Below, piece after piece: positions 25,461 to 39,831 of a stretch of 64,000 bases of DNA; positions within the stretch are counted from its first letter, which is position 1; each line of letters begins with the position of its first letter. The notes beneath the pieces were generated by a model. It saw only the letters and a program-made list of their open reading frames with translations, was not told where the DNA came from and did not search any database. The position numbers were made by a program, and so were the translations under genes. This DNA comes from the human T2T-CHM13v2.0 reference genome, Homo sapiens, in the NCBI RefSeq assembly GCF_009914755.1, contig NC_060946.1; one strand, 5' to 3'.

Positions 25461-27251
25461 GGCTGAGGAGCTGGGCAGCCCTCAAGAAGGACACAGCCGG
25501 GTCTCCTGACACCAAGGGGCGTGCCTCTGAGCAGAGGCCGTAAGAGCCATGTCGGCACATCTGTGTTTCAAAGAATTTTCGACAGCAAGGACTGCAGAGG
25601 CACAGAACAAACTGAGGGGTGGGAGGCGGAGGAAGCAGAGGACGCTGGTTATGGCAGTTGGGGAAAGATTCCTCAAAGGAGGGCAGTGGCCATAAGGGGT
25701 TCCCAGGGGCCAAGCGAAGACCCCGGCAAGAGCTCTAGTTCGTTTGGCTTTTGCTTTCCTATCCGCAAAGCGTAGGCGACGACTCCCACCCAGCGGATTA
25801 TTGCAAGGAGTGAGCAGGGTGGATAGAGAAGTCGTGCCAGGAGGGTCTCCCGTCAAGTATAAAGGAGAAGACGGTGATTGTTTTGGGTAATGGAGCCATT
25901 TTTCTCACCACTGCTCCATCTGCCAGCTGACAGGCCACAAATGGGGACTGGCCCGCGGGGTCACTGGGGTCCCACCCACCGCACGACACACACAGAAAGC
26001 GGAGGAGGCCCCGGAGGACGGCAGGCGTGCAAGTGGCAGCTGTAGACCCAGCAGCATCCTACAGGGCAGTGAAGGGGCCTTGGCCCAACCTTGTCTGACC
26101 CACGTGGACGCCGAAGTCTAGGAGGGGAAGGGACACACTCAGTGCTCAGAGCAGCCCAGCAGCAAAGCAGGACAATGGCTCTGCTCTCCCAACCCCCAGG
26201 CCAGCATTTGTCACCTCAGTGACCCAGAGGAGAGCGTCAGCCATCAGGGACGTCCTGGAGCTCCCGTTGGCCCTGGGGGCCGCCCCTCCCATGGAAAGCT
26301 CGGGGCTGATTTGTGCACAGGGCTGGGAAACACAGCAGCAAGTACAGGGGGGCCCCATGGGGGAGGTGCAGAGGACTTTTGGGGGCAGGCGGGTGGGAAG
26401 GGGCCTTGAGGGGTGCAGAGGAGCCCACTGGTCTGAGGACTCCGGGGGCAGGACGGGGCTGAGGACACCTTGGCCCTGTGAAAGCCGAGTGTCACAGTTC
26501 CGCTTGCTCCACGGCGGCGCGACTCCACGCTGTATGCGTGGTACGAGGCGAGGGTGGTAAGGCAGGAAGTGGGCAGAGGCTTTGTGATGAGTTAACCGGC
26601 TGGGCGTTACCCTATGGAGCGGGAGAGCCATGGTGCATCCAGGCAGCCAGAAGCATCCTCCAGCGCCTGCCGCAGAAGGAACTGGAATTGCGAGAGGACA
26701 GGGGTGGACGCTGCCGCGTGGGAGGCGTGCTGTGGGGATGACGCACCATCCTGTTTGTTTGTACCAAGTCATTTATCTCGTGCACCCCAGGGGGCCGTGG
26801 TCCCTGCCGGGCCATCATGTCTGCTTCCCTTATTTGGGTTTTCTGCCCCCTCACTTCATTTCTCACTTCGCTTTTCCTCCTTATCCCTTTGCAGTCTTGC
26901 TTTTGGGGGCATTGCTCAGCCAGTAATTTGAGGGACACCTCGTGGAGCCCTAGTGTGGAGCCGTCAGAGCCTGGGTAGGATTCTCCGTGGTGAGGTGCTC
27001 AGGGAGACACAGGAGCATTCCGGCGCCTGTTCCTTGTGCACATCCGCAAGTGTCTGCAGTGAGAGGCATGGGTCCCATCTTGAATGCCAACAATGTGGCA
27101 CCCACACCCCACTTGATGGGGCCGAGCCACAGCTGGCCAGGTCGACCACCATGGACGTGCCAGAGGCATCCGAGACCCAGCTCTTGCCCAGCTGTTCCAC
27201 TGCCAACTCCAGCGTTAGCAAAGCAGCTCTCCCTTGCTTTGTCTTCTACAG

Positions 27252-27345
27252 CAGAGAACAGATTAAAAGAAGAGAAGCTGCAGGCAGAGAAATGCCTCTT
27301 GGAGCCAATGCCCCAAAGGATCTCTTTGAACAAAGGGTTGCTCAG
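27252..27345 (+). other. Candidate internal exon of a non-coding transcript
   Basis: Polypyrimidine tract plus tandem acceptor TCTCCCTTGCTTTGTCTTCTACAG/CAG, purine-rich body, donor CAG|GTCAGC; no transcript evidence available. Confidence 0.3.
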
Positions 27346-27837
27346 GTCAGCGTTAGTTCCTGGCATCAAGCAACAAAATCAGAGATGCTAACAGTTCTCA
27401 GATTCACTCCAAGTGAAGACTCAAAGCTGGATTTATAAATCCCCACAGAGCCGCTGTGCAGAGGTAGAGGGCCGGTTTCAGGATGAGGAAGCCCTCTTGG
27501 AAGCACCGTCCTCCGCTAACAGCCTCCAACCTCTGTCCCCAGGGAGAGGCGCGTCCCCAGCGAGTCGCATCAGACACGTCCCACCGTGGACGTGTTTGCC
27601 CCGAGTCACCTCATTTCTCTGCTCACAGCGCACAGTGCTTTCGTTGCATTCTTCGTTAGAACACCCAGGGGAATCCCAGCTTTTCCTCAAACGGAGAGGC
27701 AGGACACCCAGAGACAGCTCTGATTAAGGTGGGTTCTTCCCAGAGGAGCAGAGGGTGGGGAGCAGCCTCTAGGCTCTAGGACTTCCTTGTCACCAGAAAA
27801 CTCGGACGGCTTCTGCACTGAACAAAGCCTCTTTGAA

Positions 27838-27927
27838 TGCTATGGACTGAATTCTGTCTCCCCAAATTCACTTGTTGAAGCCGAACCCCAGTGTGTTTGT
27901 ATCCACAGATGGTGCCTCTGGGAGGCA
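27838..27927 (+). mobile_element. MLT1 LTR 5' fragment
   Basis: TGCTATGGACTGAATTCTGTCTCCCCAAATTCACTTGTTGAAGCC. Confidence 0.7.
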
Positions 27928-28252
27928 CCCATCAACCCATCCATTCATCCATCCATCCATTTATTTCCCATCCACCTTTCCACCATTCGTCCACCCACCA
28001 TTAATCTATCCACGATCCACCCATCCACCCATTCACCATCCATCCATCCATCCATCCATCCATCTACCATTCATCTATCCATCCATCCATTCATCTACCT
28101 ATTAATCCATCATTTTACTCACTCACCCATCCATCCACTCATCATCAGTCCACTCAGCCTTCCATCCATCCACCATCCACCATTCCATCTATTCATCTAT
28201 CTACCATTTATCCATCCATTCATCCTTTCACTCTCCACCCACCCATCCATCC
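27928..28252. repeat. (CCAT)n degenerate microsatellite
   Basis: Direct reading of the sequence. Confidence 0.95.
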
Positions 28253-28854
28253 TTCTCTTCTCTAAGCTTCTCTGTGTAGCCGTGCTTGCTGGGCTCCAGG
28301 GACTCTTAGTTCAGTGTGGGGAGTGGTCAGGAAAACAATGAACAGCATTGCTGAGCACTGTGAGACACATAGTAAACAAGTCCTGGAGGACCCTTGGACT
28401 CTCTGAAGCAGACAGCAGAGCTCTCCCAGAGGCAAAGGGAGGTCCGGGATTCTGCAGTGAGCAAAGTGTGGCCACACACAAAGTCATGAGCTGGGAGCAG
28501 CTGATTCCCCAAGGCTGGAGGATACAAGGTTGGGCCAGGGTTGAGGGATCACATGGTGGTCCTAGTCCAGCCTCTGCCCTGGCCAGGTGGTTTGTGAGTG
28601 TCTCTGTGCTGTGCTTTGTGTGTCTACACCTCTTTAGCAGGGGAGGCTTCCATGGTATTCTAACAGTTGTCGAGGGTGAGGAAGAGCCTGGGTCACTCAG
28701 GGCTGAGTAGAAAGTAACCATCTTTGAGCCTTGTTTGGAAACATGTCCACTGGTCCTGGGTTCCCTTCTTTGACTTAAGGAGTTGAATTTTTATGACCAT
28801 GACCCAGTGTTTCTGTGACATTCCCTGGGAGCCTTCTTCTCACAGAGGTGAGAT

Positions 28855-29230
28855 TGTGTGTTATTGAGGGTTCCCCAGAGAAGCAGAATCAACAACATGT
28901 GTGCAAGGTTGTGTGTGTGTGCATTTGTGTGTGTGCATTTGTGTGTGTGCGCATGTGCACTCACATGTGTGGGGGAGAGAGATTTGTTCACATGGAAACC
29001 CAGGGAGACACACAGTTGGGGTCCCAAGGCCTTGCTGGCAGAATTCCTTCTTTCTCAGGGAGGTCTGTCTTTTCCTCTGAAATCCTTCAACTGATTGGGC
29101 AAGGCCCACCCACATTAAGGAGGTCATCTGCTTTACCCAGTCCATGGATTTAAGAGTTAACCATATACAACAAGCCTTCACAGAAATATCCAAAGTAATG
29201 TTTGACTGAATACATGGGCCCTGTGGCCAG
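28855..29230 (-). mobile_element. MLT2 (ERVL) LTR with (TG)n
   Basis: GAGGGTTCCCCAGAGAAGCAGAA..CCTTCAACTGATTGG..AGGCCCACCCACATTA..CTGCTTTAC..TAATGTTTGAC. Confidence 0.8.
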
Positions 29231-29747
29231 CACTGTCTGGTATGGGTTGTCAGTGGAGCTCAGGTGGTTGGAAGGTGACTCTCATGACATGGGGTGCAAA
29301 GGACAGGTTCTTGGAAGCCTCAGGGCTGAGCAGTGGAGTCAGCCATCCCTGGCTGTGGGTGGAGGAGGGAAGAGCCCAGGGTAACTGGGAGGCTGGTTCT
29401 GGCTTGGCCTCTCACACACGGCAGCTCCTCCAGCCTCAGCCATGACCCCAGCCACACCCTCCGACATGGCCCCAGGCCAGTCACAGGACTTCTGTGTGTC
29501 CTCATGTGCAGTCAGTGAGGATGACACCAGCCACGCGGGAGGGTTTGGAAAGGGCAGCCGTCACGCTCACTCTGGCCATCATGTGATGATCACGATGACT
29601 GCTATGAATGGCATCACCGCTGCAGTGTAATCATCATGATCACGGCTGCCACTGTCAGATGCCGCCTGGCCAGCCTAAAGCAGACGCTGTCACTGCAGCT
29701 GTGACTACCAGTGCTGCTACTGCAACTGCAACTCTGTACAGAGTGGG

Positions 29748-30288
29748 TGTGTGGACATACATGCGTGTACACATGCACGGGAATACTATTCAGTCTTAAA
29801 ACAGAAGGAAACCCTGGCATTTGTGAGAACATGAATAATCTGGAGGATGTTAAGATAAAGCAAAATAAGCCAGACACAGAAAGAAAAATGTTGCATGATT
29901 TCACTTATTGTGGAATTAATAAAAGTCAGGTTCCTAGAAGCAGAGAAGAGAATGGCTGTTCCCAGGGGCTGGAGGTGGGAAAAAGGGAAATATGGTTTGA
30001 AGGGTGCAACATTTTGGTTATTCAGCATGAACACAATATGGGGTTCTAAGGGACAGCAGGGTGGCCGTAGCTGATAATAATGTATTGGACACTTGAAATG
30101 TGCCAAGCATAGATCCCCGGAATCCCCCACACAGCTGTGAAAGAAAGCTCTGGAGGTGATGAGAGTGTGACTCAGCCTGGTGGTGGCAGTCACTACACAA
30201 TGTGTGCATATACCAAAAATCACATTGTATACCTTAAATATACATTTTTTATTTGTCTATTATAATCAAGTGGAGAGCAAATTAAAAA
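29748..30288 (+). mobile_element. L1MA/L1MB-type 3' end
   Basis: GGAATACTATTCAGTCTTAAAA..GAAGGAAA..AAATAAGCCAGACACAGAAAG..AATAATGTATTG..CACATTGTATACCTTAAATATA. Confidence 0.8.
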
Positions 30289-30301
30289 TGATGATACACC
30301 C

Positions 30302-31136
30302 TGTATTAGTCTGTTCTCATGCCACTAATAAAGACATACATGAGACCGAGTAATTTATGAAGGAAAGAGGTTTCATGGACTCACAGTTCCACATGTCTGG
30401 GGGGGCCTCACAATCATGGCAGAAGGCGAAGGAGGAGCAAAGGCACGTCTTACATGGCGGCAGGCAAGAGAGCCGTGCAGGGGAACTGCCCTTTATAAAA
30501 CCATCAGATCTCGTGAGACTTATCCACTATCACAAGAACAGCACGGGAAAACCTGTTCCTGTGATTCACTCACCTCCCTCCAGGTCCCTCCAAACCCCTT
30601 CCCGTGATTCACTCACCTCCCTCCAGGTCCCTCCAAACCCCTTCCCGTGATTCACTCACCTCCCTCCAGGTCCCTCCAAACCCCTTCCCGTGATTCACTC
30701 ACCTCCCACTCAGTCCCTCCAAACCCATTCCCGTGATTCACTCACCTCCCACTCAGTCCCTCCAAACCCATTCCAGTGATTCACTCACCTCCCACTCAGT
30801 CCCTCCAAACCGATTCCCGTGATTCACTCACCTCCCTCCAGGTCCCCCCAAACCCCTTCCTGTGATTCACTCACCTCCCACTCCGTCCCTCCAAACCTGT
30901 TCCCATGATTCACTCACCTCCCACTCAGTCCCTCCAAACCCATTCCTGTGATTCACTCACCTCCCACTCAGTCCCTCCAAACCTGTTCCCGTGATTCACT
31001 CACCTCCCACTGGGTCCCTCCAAACCCGTTCCCATGATTCACTCACCTCCCACCGGGCCACTCCCACAACACGTGGGGATTATGGGAGCTACAACCCAAG
31101 ATGAGATTTGGGTGGGGACACAGCCACACCATATCA
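30302..31136 (-). mobile_element. THE1 solo LTR containing an internal minisatellite
   Basis: TGTATTAGTCTGTTCTCATG...GATGAGATTTGGGTGGGGACACAGCCACACCATATCA; degenerate TSD CACCC/TACCT. Confidence 0.9.
30548..31065. repeat. Minisatellite, exact 43-bp period x12, derived from THE1 LTR sequence
   Basis: TGATTCACTCACCTCCC at 30562, 30605, 30648 ... 31035. Confidence 0.97.
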
Positions 31137-32819
31137 TACCTCTTTGAGTTCTGAGATTCTGTGCATTGACCTCAGACCGAAGCTTCTCCCTGCATGACAG
31201 GTACCTGCAACCACAGCTGCCCGGAGACCTGGGTTCTTCCCATGCAGCCTCACATGTGAGATTCTCCAGCTCCCAGCCCTTTGTTTAACCGTGGGATATT
31301 GGCTCAGGGCTGAACATCATGGGGAATGGCCAGCACGTGGATGATGGAGCAAGCCCTCTGTTTTCTGCTGCTCTGGATGCACTCCTCAGACACTCAGTGG
31401 CTCCTTCCAGCCACGCAAAGCCATGCGTCCTGCAGAACCCATCAAGGGACGAGGTTCTAAGGATGCTGACGGGGCTGCCGTGGCCTGTGGACAGGACTTA
31501 CCAAGGACAGATGTGAGTCATGGAGATAAAGAGTTGCGTCCTTCAGTAGAAATCAGAACTTCTACCCAGTGGCATTTATCAGAAATCAAAGACATCTAGG
31601 TTGACTCGGCACAGCGTAATGTGCTGGAGTCAGAGAGGGGAAAACATAAGAAGCTGTCAGGGCCTACAGGGCTGGGCAGAAAGCAAAGAGACAGTCTCAA
31701 TTAAATTCTTCAAATTAGGTCACTACCTGGTTCTCACATTAACAAGAACAAAGGTGGGCGCCTCAAACCATCAAAGTTACGTCATCCTTGGGATGGCACG
31801 GATGCGGAGGGAATGCAGTTGCAGTACCAGGTGTGTCTCCTGGAAGAATCTTCCAATCTGGTTATCAATCAAAACAGAATGATGCTGCCCTCATTCATCA
31901 GTCCATGGATTTCTGATTGTCCAGCCACTGGGTCTCGAGCTTGGACTCTGGGAAGAGCAGATGGAGGCAGTGGGAGCCGGGCCTGGTGCTATGGCGGAGC
32001 TCTCCCATTCACAGGCTTGTTTAAGGCTTGGTTTGGGGCGTCCAGGTGGGGCCTCTGATGCCTGTGTGACTCAAGGGTACACATTCCCCAGAAGGCCTGT
32101 CCTCTACGAAGTCATTTCTGTGTGCCCTCCCTCCATCGGAGCTCACCGGTGCCTCTGCGGTCTGTGTTACAGGAGGGAGTTGCGAACAAAACATGGTCAA
32201 AGTGATATGAAAAGGATAAAAACGAGGGTATCCCTGTGCTTGGATAAAGTGACATTTCCAGACAACCATAAGTTAGAGGATCCCACCTCATCTTCAAGAT
32301 ACCGTGAACTACAGAGGCCTCCCTGAGGGCAGAGATAAGGCCCCATCTCAGCAGGGGCTGGGGGAGTGTGAAGTTTTCAGTGAGAAGCAGTCTGTGTCTT
32401 GGAAGCCCTTGAGTAAATGCTGCTCTGGAGTGAAGAAGTTAAGGAAGACTGTGGTGGGTTGGATTGAAGTTGGAGATCTTGGAGTTGAGCTTTTTACAAA
32501 ATACATTTTCCTATCTGTCCAGCGAAAGGGTCTAAAGCAGGCAGGCAGAGCAGAAGCAGTGAGTGCCAGGATCGCAGCCGATCGATGCCAGTCCTGCTCA
32601 CTGCGGCGAGGGCTCCTTGGAGAAGCAGCTGAGTCCAGGGCTTAGGCCAGAAGAAGAGCAAGGTGAGCCGAAGCGCTCGGCTCCCGAAGGCAGAGAAGTG
32701 TCCAAGGACAAGTGGGCCCTGTCCCACGGCACAGGAGCCGGCCCGAGGGAGGTGCTCACTGGCCAAATTTGGCCCATTTTGAACAAAAAAATATGACAGC
32801 AATGGGTTAGATCACATGA

Positions 32820-33164
<345 letters not shown>

Positions 33165-36100
33165 TAAAAGGAAAGAAAGCAATAAGAGAGGAAAATAGAA
33201 AAGAAGGAAGGAAGGGAGAGAGGGAGGGAGGCAGAGAAGGATGAAGGGAGCGAGGCAGAGAAGGAGACAGGAAGGGAGAAAAGGGTCTTCCCTTCAGAAG
33301 AACACCAGCTAATTCATGCAGGACGCAGTGGCACTGCAGTCACACATGTGAGCCTCTGAGGGAGAGTCAAGCTGTGCAGAGATCATCAGGGGCTGCTGCA
33401 GACCCCAGGTGAAAAGTGGCAGAAAGGAGGTCATTCCCCTGGACTCTGGTGTCACCCTACAGATGAGTCATAATTACGAAGGGAAAAGAGACCTCTCCAG
33501 GGAGAAGACATCGCGGTCACTGCTGGGCCTGAGGCTCTGCTGCTTCCCTGTGCTGTGGGACAACCTGTCCGGACGGCCGCAGATGCCAGGAAGTCAGAAG
33601 TGAACACACCACTCTGCAGAATTCCTACCAGGAGCTGCTCAACCACATCGACCCATTCAGAACTAATCAGACAATTCCTGAGTGAGGCCCGTCCTATAGA
33701 CCACTGATGGTGGACCCTACAGAGACGTGAGAACCTACGGCCACCCGTGGCTGCCCTTGGCCACCCACGAGCTTTGATGAATCCTGGGTTAGAAGGGAAA
33801 TGATCCACCATCAGCTACACTCCTGGGACCACAGGGTAATCTGGGTATGGACCTCAGACTCTGCAGACGCGGGAGGGGCCGGACCTATGAGCTCGCGGAG
33901 CAGGCTGGCAGAGCCCCCACTCTGGGACCCCCCAACTCTTCAGTCCCTTGAATATGTCAGTGGATTGTGCATTTCCCGGAAGTTTGCATCAACACATAAC
34001 AAGTCCCAGCTCCGTCTCGGAAGGAGGAGAGGACGCCGAACTCAGGGAGAAGGAAAAGCCGGGCTTCCTCCCTCCGAGCAGCGCGGTATCCACCCCGAGA
34101 GGAAGAGAGTGAGGTCAGGTGGAGACGGGATTGGAGGGCTCCCTCCAAGCAGCGCGGCATCCACCCTGACAGGGACAGTGAAGTCAGGGGGGGAGGGATT
34201 ACTGTTTCTGTGGCAGGACCCTGGGTGGTCTCGTTCCCCCGTGGTGACAGCATAGCCTTCTGTGTCCACTCGCCCTGCTCAAGTCCCAGGGTCCCTGCTG
34301 CCCTGGCGGCTGAAGGAGGCCTCACTAACATAGATGGCCCAGAGGCACGAGGGCTCCACCCAGGTTCTGGGTGTGAGGCCTCCCGGCGGAATCCCCCACG
34401 TCTCACCTCACAGGAAGGGCAGGGAGAAGCCCTGGAGCCCCAGCCTCCCGTCACCTCTTGCTGACATTCCCTCCATGAAGTATGTCAAGAGCTGAAGAGC
34501 TTGGCCATGAGGTCCACATGACAAGCCTTCTCCATTTCACGTTGACTCAATTCCAAGTGCAGGAAAGCCAGGGAACCTTCCTTTATCCACCAGTATGTGG
34601 GCCCCTCTTGGATAGTCTGGCCTTACCAACACTGGCTCAGTCAGCGTGGGAACAGGGGTACCCACGACTCGGGGTTCACCACCCATTGCCAGGAACACCT
34701 GGGTCTGATGACGATCATGATTTGATAGGAGACCACTCTCCCCAGCTCCAGGTCCCTCTCTGGTGGTCTGGTGGCTCCTGCTTCTGTCAATGAATGACGA
34801 AAGAGGCCCTGCCTGCAGCTGCCTTGCCTGTGGTTGCAGCGGCCAACCCAGGTGCAAGGGGAGACACATGGGTCCCCTGATGGGGCGTAACAGCCGAGTT
34901 ATCCACAGTCATTCATCCTGCAGGATGTTGGGTGCCTTCCGTGAGCCCGGAGCTGCAGGTCAAACGTGCAGTGACTGCCCAGCTGCTTCCGGGAATTCAC
35001 TTGGAGCAGTGCTGGGGCTGTCCAGGCCCGTCCTTTATCCTGCCCTGGGCTCAGGCTCCGTAGGAACCTCGTGACCTGAGCTAGGACTTGTCTTTGCGTT
35101 GAGTGGAGGGAAAGCCGCAGGAGCCCGGCTCCCCTGAGCACGCCTCCCTGTTGTTCAGGGAAACAGGTGTGCATGGCCACAGATGTTCTGCTTCTCTGGG
35201 GCTCAAAGTGTGAGCCAGGCCCCTCTCCTGGAGGAGGCCCCAGCTGGCTGGGGAGATAAGAGGCACGCGGAGGCATGGCAGAGGCAGATTGTAAGCGCCA
35301 ATGGTGCCACCGATCGGCACGGTGGGGGCTGAGGGCATCGCGTGTGGCCGACTCCCCAGACAGTCCAGAACGATTCTGACTTGAAGAAAGTACAAAGTCT
35401 TTTTCTTCTCAAACCTGGGCTCTAATATGCTGAGATTGGTTCTTTTATTTTTTCTTTTCAACCCTGGCAGTAAAACAAGCTTCTCATCTGCATGTAGCAG
35501 ATTAAAGGAGAGCTCTGAGCCGTGGCCTCGCCCAGGCTGTGGACAGGTTCTCCAGGAGGGGCTCGATGTCAGCCCCACATAGGCAGAGCACGCTGTGGTT
35601 AGAGGTGGGCCATGGTCCTCCCTGGGAGACACCAGCAAGCATGCACAGGGGCAGGTGCTGGGAAGAGCAGGCTGCTCACCTTCAAGTGTGGACGGATGGA
35701 TGGTGCCTGCCCTATGGTCCTGGAGATAAGGGCAGACGACCCAGAATACAGGCATCTTCCTTTGCCTTTATTGAAAAAGGAATAGAATCAAACCAAACTG
35801 TCAAGCCGCGCCAGCAGACCTTGCAGCTATCACCGATGCACCCAGGTCTAACTTGCAAATGAAGCCGGAATGCTGCTTACACACAGGCGCACACAGAGAG
35901 AGCATGGACAAAGAAGAGCAGAGGCTGTGTGTTCTCCATGCTGGCGGTCCCGTGCTACCCACTGCTTATCTTGCTGTATTCGGTCCAGGCGTCCCCTGGC
36001 ACATACCTTCGGTCCAGGCGTCCCCTGGCTCATAGCTTGGTAATGATACGGCATTATAAATAGTACATTAACTCGACACCATGTCTTGCAACTGTGGACA

Positions 36101-36740
36101 GCAAAGAGGTGTCAGGGCAGAGTCCAACCCAGAGGCCATCTGTCCGGTCGCAGGTACTGGTGCCATCTCTGCAGCCAACCCCCTCCCTGCCCAGGCTGGA
36201 AATTAGGCAGCTGCACCTGTTGCCTTGTGAACACGTCCCCCAAGAACCCTGCCGTCCGAGCCAGAGAGGCCAGACCTTGGGAAACGCAGCTTCCCCCAAG
36301 CATCCTTCCTGACAGTATTAGTAGGGTGCACTCCACAGATAGCACTTGCCCAGCCTCTCTGTAAATTTACACTTTTTCCTATTGTATCAATGCAAAATGT
36401 TTTTTCCCAGGACACATTCCCCTGGGGATAGAAGAAGAGACTTAGAGCAGGTGGACTTTCCAGGACTGTAGGCACTCCAGCCCTGTAGCCTCCTCCTCTT
36501 CCCCAGCTGTTGGACTATCTGCTAGAGAGGCTGGGGTTCCTCCATGTGCAGGACTCCCCTTGGCTGGCACTGGGGCTGCCTCTTTCTCTGCTGGGTTCTG
36601 TCTCCCTGGGATGGGGCTCAGGCTTCCCCGGCGAGGGCTGTGGTGGCACCTCCTTTGCACTGTGCACAAGCCCTGAGAAGGAGGCATAGGAAGGATGGAC
36701 AGAGTGGCTGGTCCAGAGCCGCCCACCTCCTCCGGGGGAT

Positions 36741-36845
36741 CCCAGCGGCCATCCTGGGTGTCTGGATGCTCGTCCTTGTGTGCCTGGTCCGTCTCCTCCC
36801 AGCGGCCATTCTGAGTGTCTGGATGCTCGTCCTGTGTGCCTGGCC
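36741..36845. repeat. Tandem duplication, 57-bp period x2
   Basis: CCCAGCGGCCAT(C/T)CTG(G/A)GTGTCTGGATGCTCGTCCT twice. Confidence 0.85.
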
Positions 36846-37164
36846 CCTCTCCTCTAACCTCCATCCAGGTCTGCAGTGCAGTGATACAGAGGTGGCACCC
36901 GTGAGCCCAGTCCCGACAAACTAGAAGGTGGAACAGGACGAAAGAGAAGGGCCCTCTGGTCACTTCTGTCCCCTGAAGCACCTGCTGCCACTGCCCTGTG
37001 AGCAGAGCTGTGGATGCTGAGCAGATGTGGGGCGGGGATGGATGGAGCTGTCACATTCTAAACACGGGCACTCCACAGAGGTCACAGTAGCCCAGGCCTG
37101 CCCACACCCACACAGGAAGTGCCCCAAAGGGTTTGTAACTCAAGGTTCCAAGAAATGGAGACAG

Positions 37165-37646
<482 letters not shown>

Positions 37647-38027
37647 TCAGGCACTCACTCAGCCAACAGCCTCCAAAAAGAGCCTCCCTCACCTTGCTTG
37701 TTCTAAAGGAAATCCCATGAATTCAGTCCCCAAAGGACCTTTGACTTTTATAGGGAGGGAGGGCAGGGTACGGAGAGACCCCTCCTTCCTCTCGGCCTCC
37801 CAGCCTTCCTGAGGTTCCCTCCATTCCTTCAACCCAGATTTTCATTTGTGCTTGACTTCTTGCTTTGTGCTGTGTTTCTGAAACTCTTCTAAGCCCATCC
37901 TCCCGCTCACTCCTCTAAAGTTAATGTCCCAGCCAAGAAGCCTCAAAGCAGGGTGTCCTGGTGTGGAGTGGACATGGCCAAGGTTGGACCCCAGGGGAAA
38001 AGAAGCCGACCTTGAGCGGCAAAGACA

Positions 38028-38108
38028 CAGGGTGGGCGGGGACCTCACGTGCAAGCAGGTGATAGATCAGGGTGGGCGGGGTCCTCACGTGCAAGCAGGT
38101 GATAGATC
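38028..38108. repeat. Tandem duplication, 40-bp unit x2
   Basis: CAGGGTGGGCGGGG(A/T)CCTCACGTGCAAGCAGGTGATAGAT twice. Confidence 0.95.
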
Positions 38109-39055
38109 CAACCGTCCGTGTTCCACCATGGGGACAGAGGATCAAGAGCCGGGGGTCTCAGTCTCAGCAGAGCCCGGGTGGCAGAGAGGGACTAAGGCCT
38201 GGAGGAGGCCCTGCCGCTCTGCGTGGAAGGCAAGAGTGAGCCATGGGATATGATGGGGAGCAGGGTTGTGACTGGAGAGTGTTGCTGGGACATCATGCTG
38301 CTGCAGGCGGGGTCAGAGCTGAAACTCTGAAGTGGATGAGGGTGGGGTGGCCTTGGGAAGGTGCTCAGAGAGAAGGGAGGGCCCAGCCGGGAACCGTGAG
38401 CCATGGTGGCATCCGGGCAACCTCCCTTGTCTGGGGGTGGCTATGGGGCTTTGGCTGCGCCGAGTCCTTTGGTGAGTGCTGCCCCACTCACTCCTCCCGA
38501 GACTGAGCCTCCGACCGCCCTGCCAGCGTGGTCTCTGTGTGAGGAGAAGGGTCCCAGGGGAGAACAACAGCCAGAGTGCTGGATCCCGCAGCCCCCGATG
38601 TGAGGTCACACAGGAGGTCAGGCTGGGCCATGCTGATGGAGCTTCTGACGGGTGAGAAGGACACACACCCAAAGCCACGCTCTGGAAACCGGTGCTCCAG
38701 TCACCATCAGCAAACAGGCTGCAGGCCTGGCGTCTGGGACACGTAATTAAGGTTGTGGCTCTGGAGCAGCCTTGCTGGGTGCAACCTCGGTCACGAAGCC
38801 ACCTCCCCTGACTGTGGTTTGTGTCCCGCTGGGCACACCGGCCCCAGCTCTCCCAGGCCCCTGGGCAGCGATGTCCACCCCACTTGGAGATTGGGAGGAG
38901 GCCCCTGGACCAGGTCTATGTGAGAATCTCATCTCAGGAGGACTGCTGGGCTTCAGGAGACAGAAAGCAGTCACTCAGAAAGACTGGCAGAGCCCTGGGG
39001 GAGGATGCGTGGAGCCGGGGGTCCTGCAAGGCACAGAGCTGAAGGAGCAGTGAGC

Positions 39056-39242
39056 GAGGACCCTGATGGCTCCACAGAGGAGGGTGTAGCTGGGGCCTGG
39101 TGACTGAGGGGACCAGAGAGGACCCTGCCAGCTCCACAGAGGAGGGCATAGCTGGGGCCCAGTGACTGAGGGGACCAGAGAGGACCCTGCGGGCTCCACA
39201 GAGGAGGGCGTAGCTGGGGCCCAGTGATCGAGGGGACCAGAG
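39056..39242. repeat. Minisatellite, 62-bp unit x3
   Basis: GAGGACCCTG...GCTCCACAGAGGAGGG..TAGCTGGGGCC..GTGA..GAGGGGACCAGA at 39056, 39118 and 39180. Confidence 0.92.
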
Positions 39243-39333
39243 CAGCACAGCGTCCAGGACCTGAGACCCAACTGGCTGTGTCCTGACAAGGAAGGAAGGG
39301 GCTGGAGAGTTTTGAGTAGAGGGGGCCACATCA

Positions 39334-39831
<498 letters not shown>

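Noticed and set aside
27429-27442. Perfect 14-bp palindrome GGATTTATAAATCC
   Set aside because: A few palindromes of this length are expected by chance in 64 kb.
31510-32650. Possible ERV-internal sequence
   Set aside because: No diagnostic motif recognised; cannot be assigned without a repeat search.
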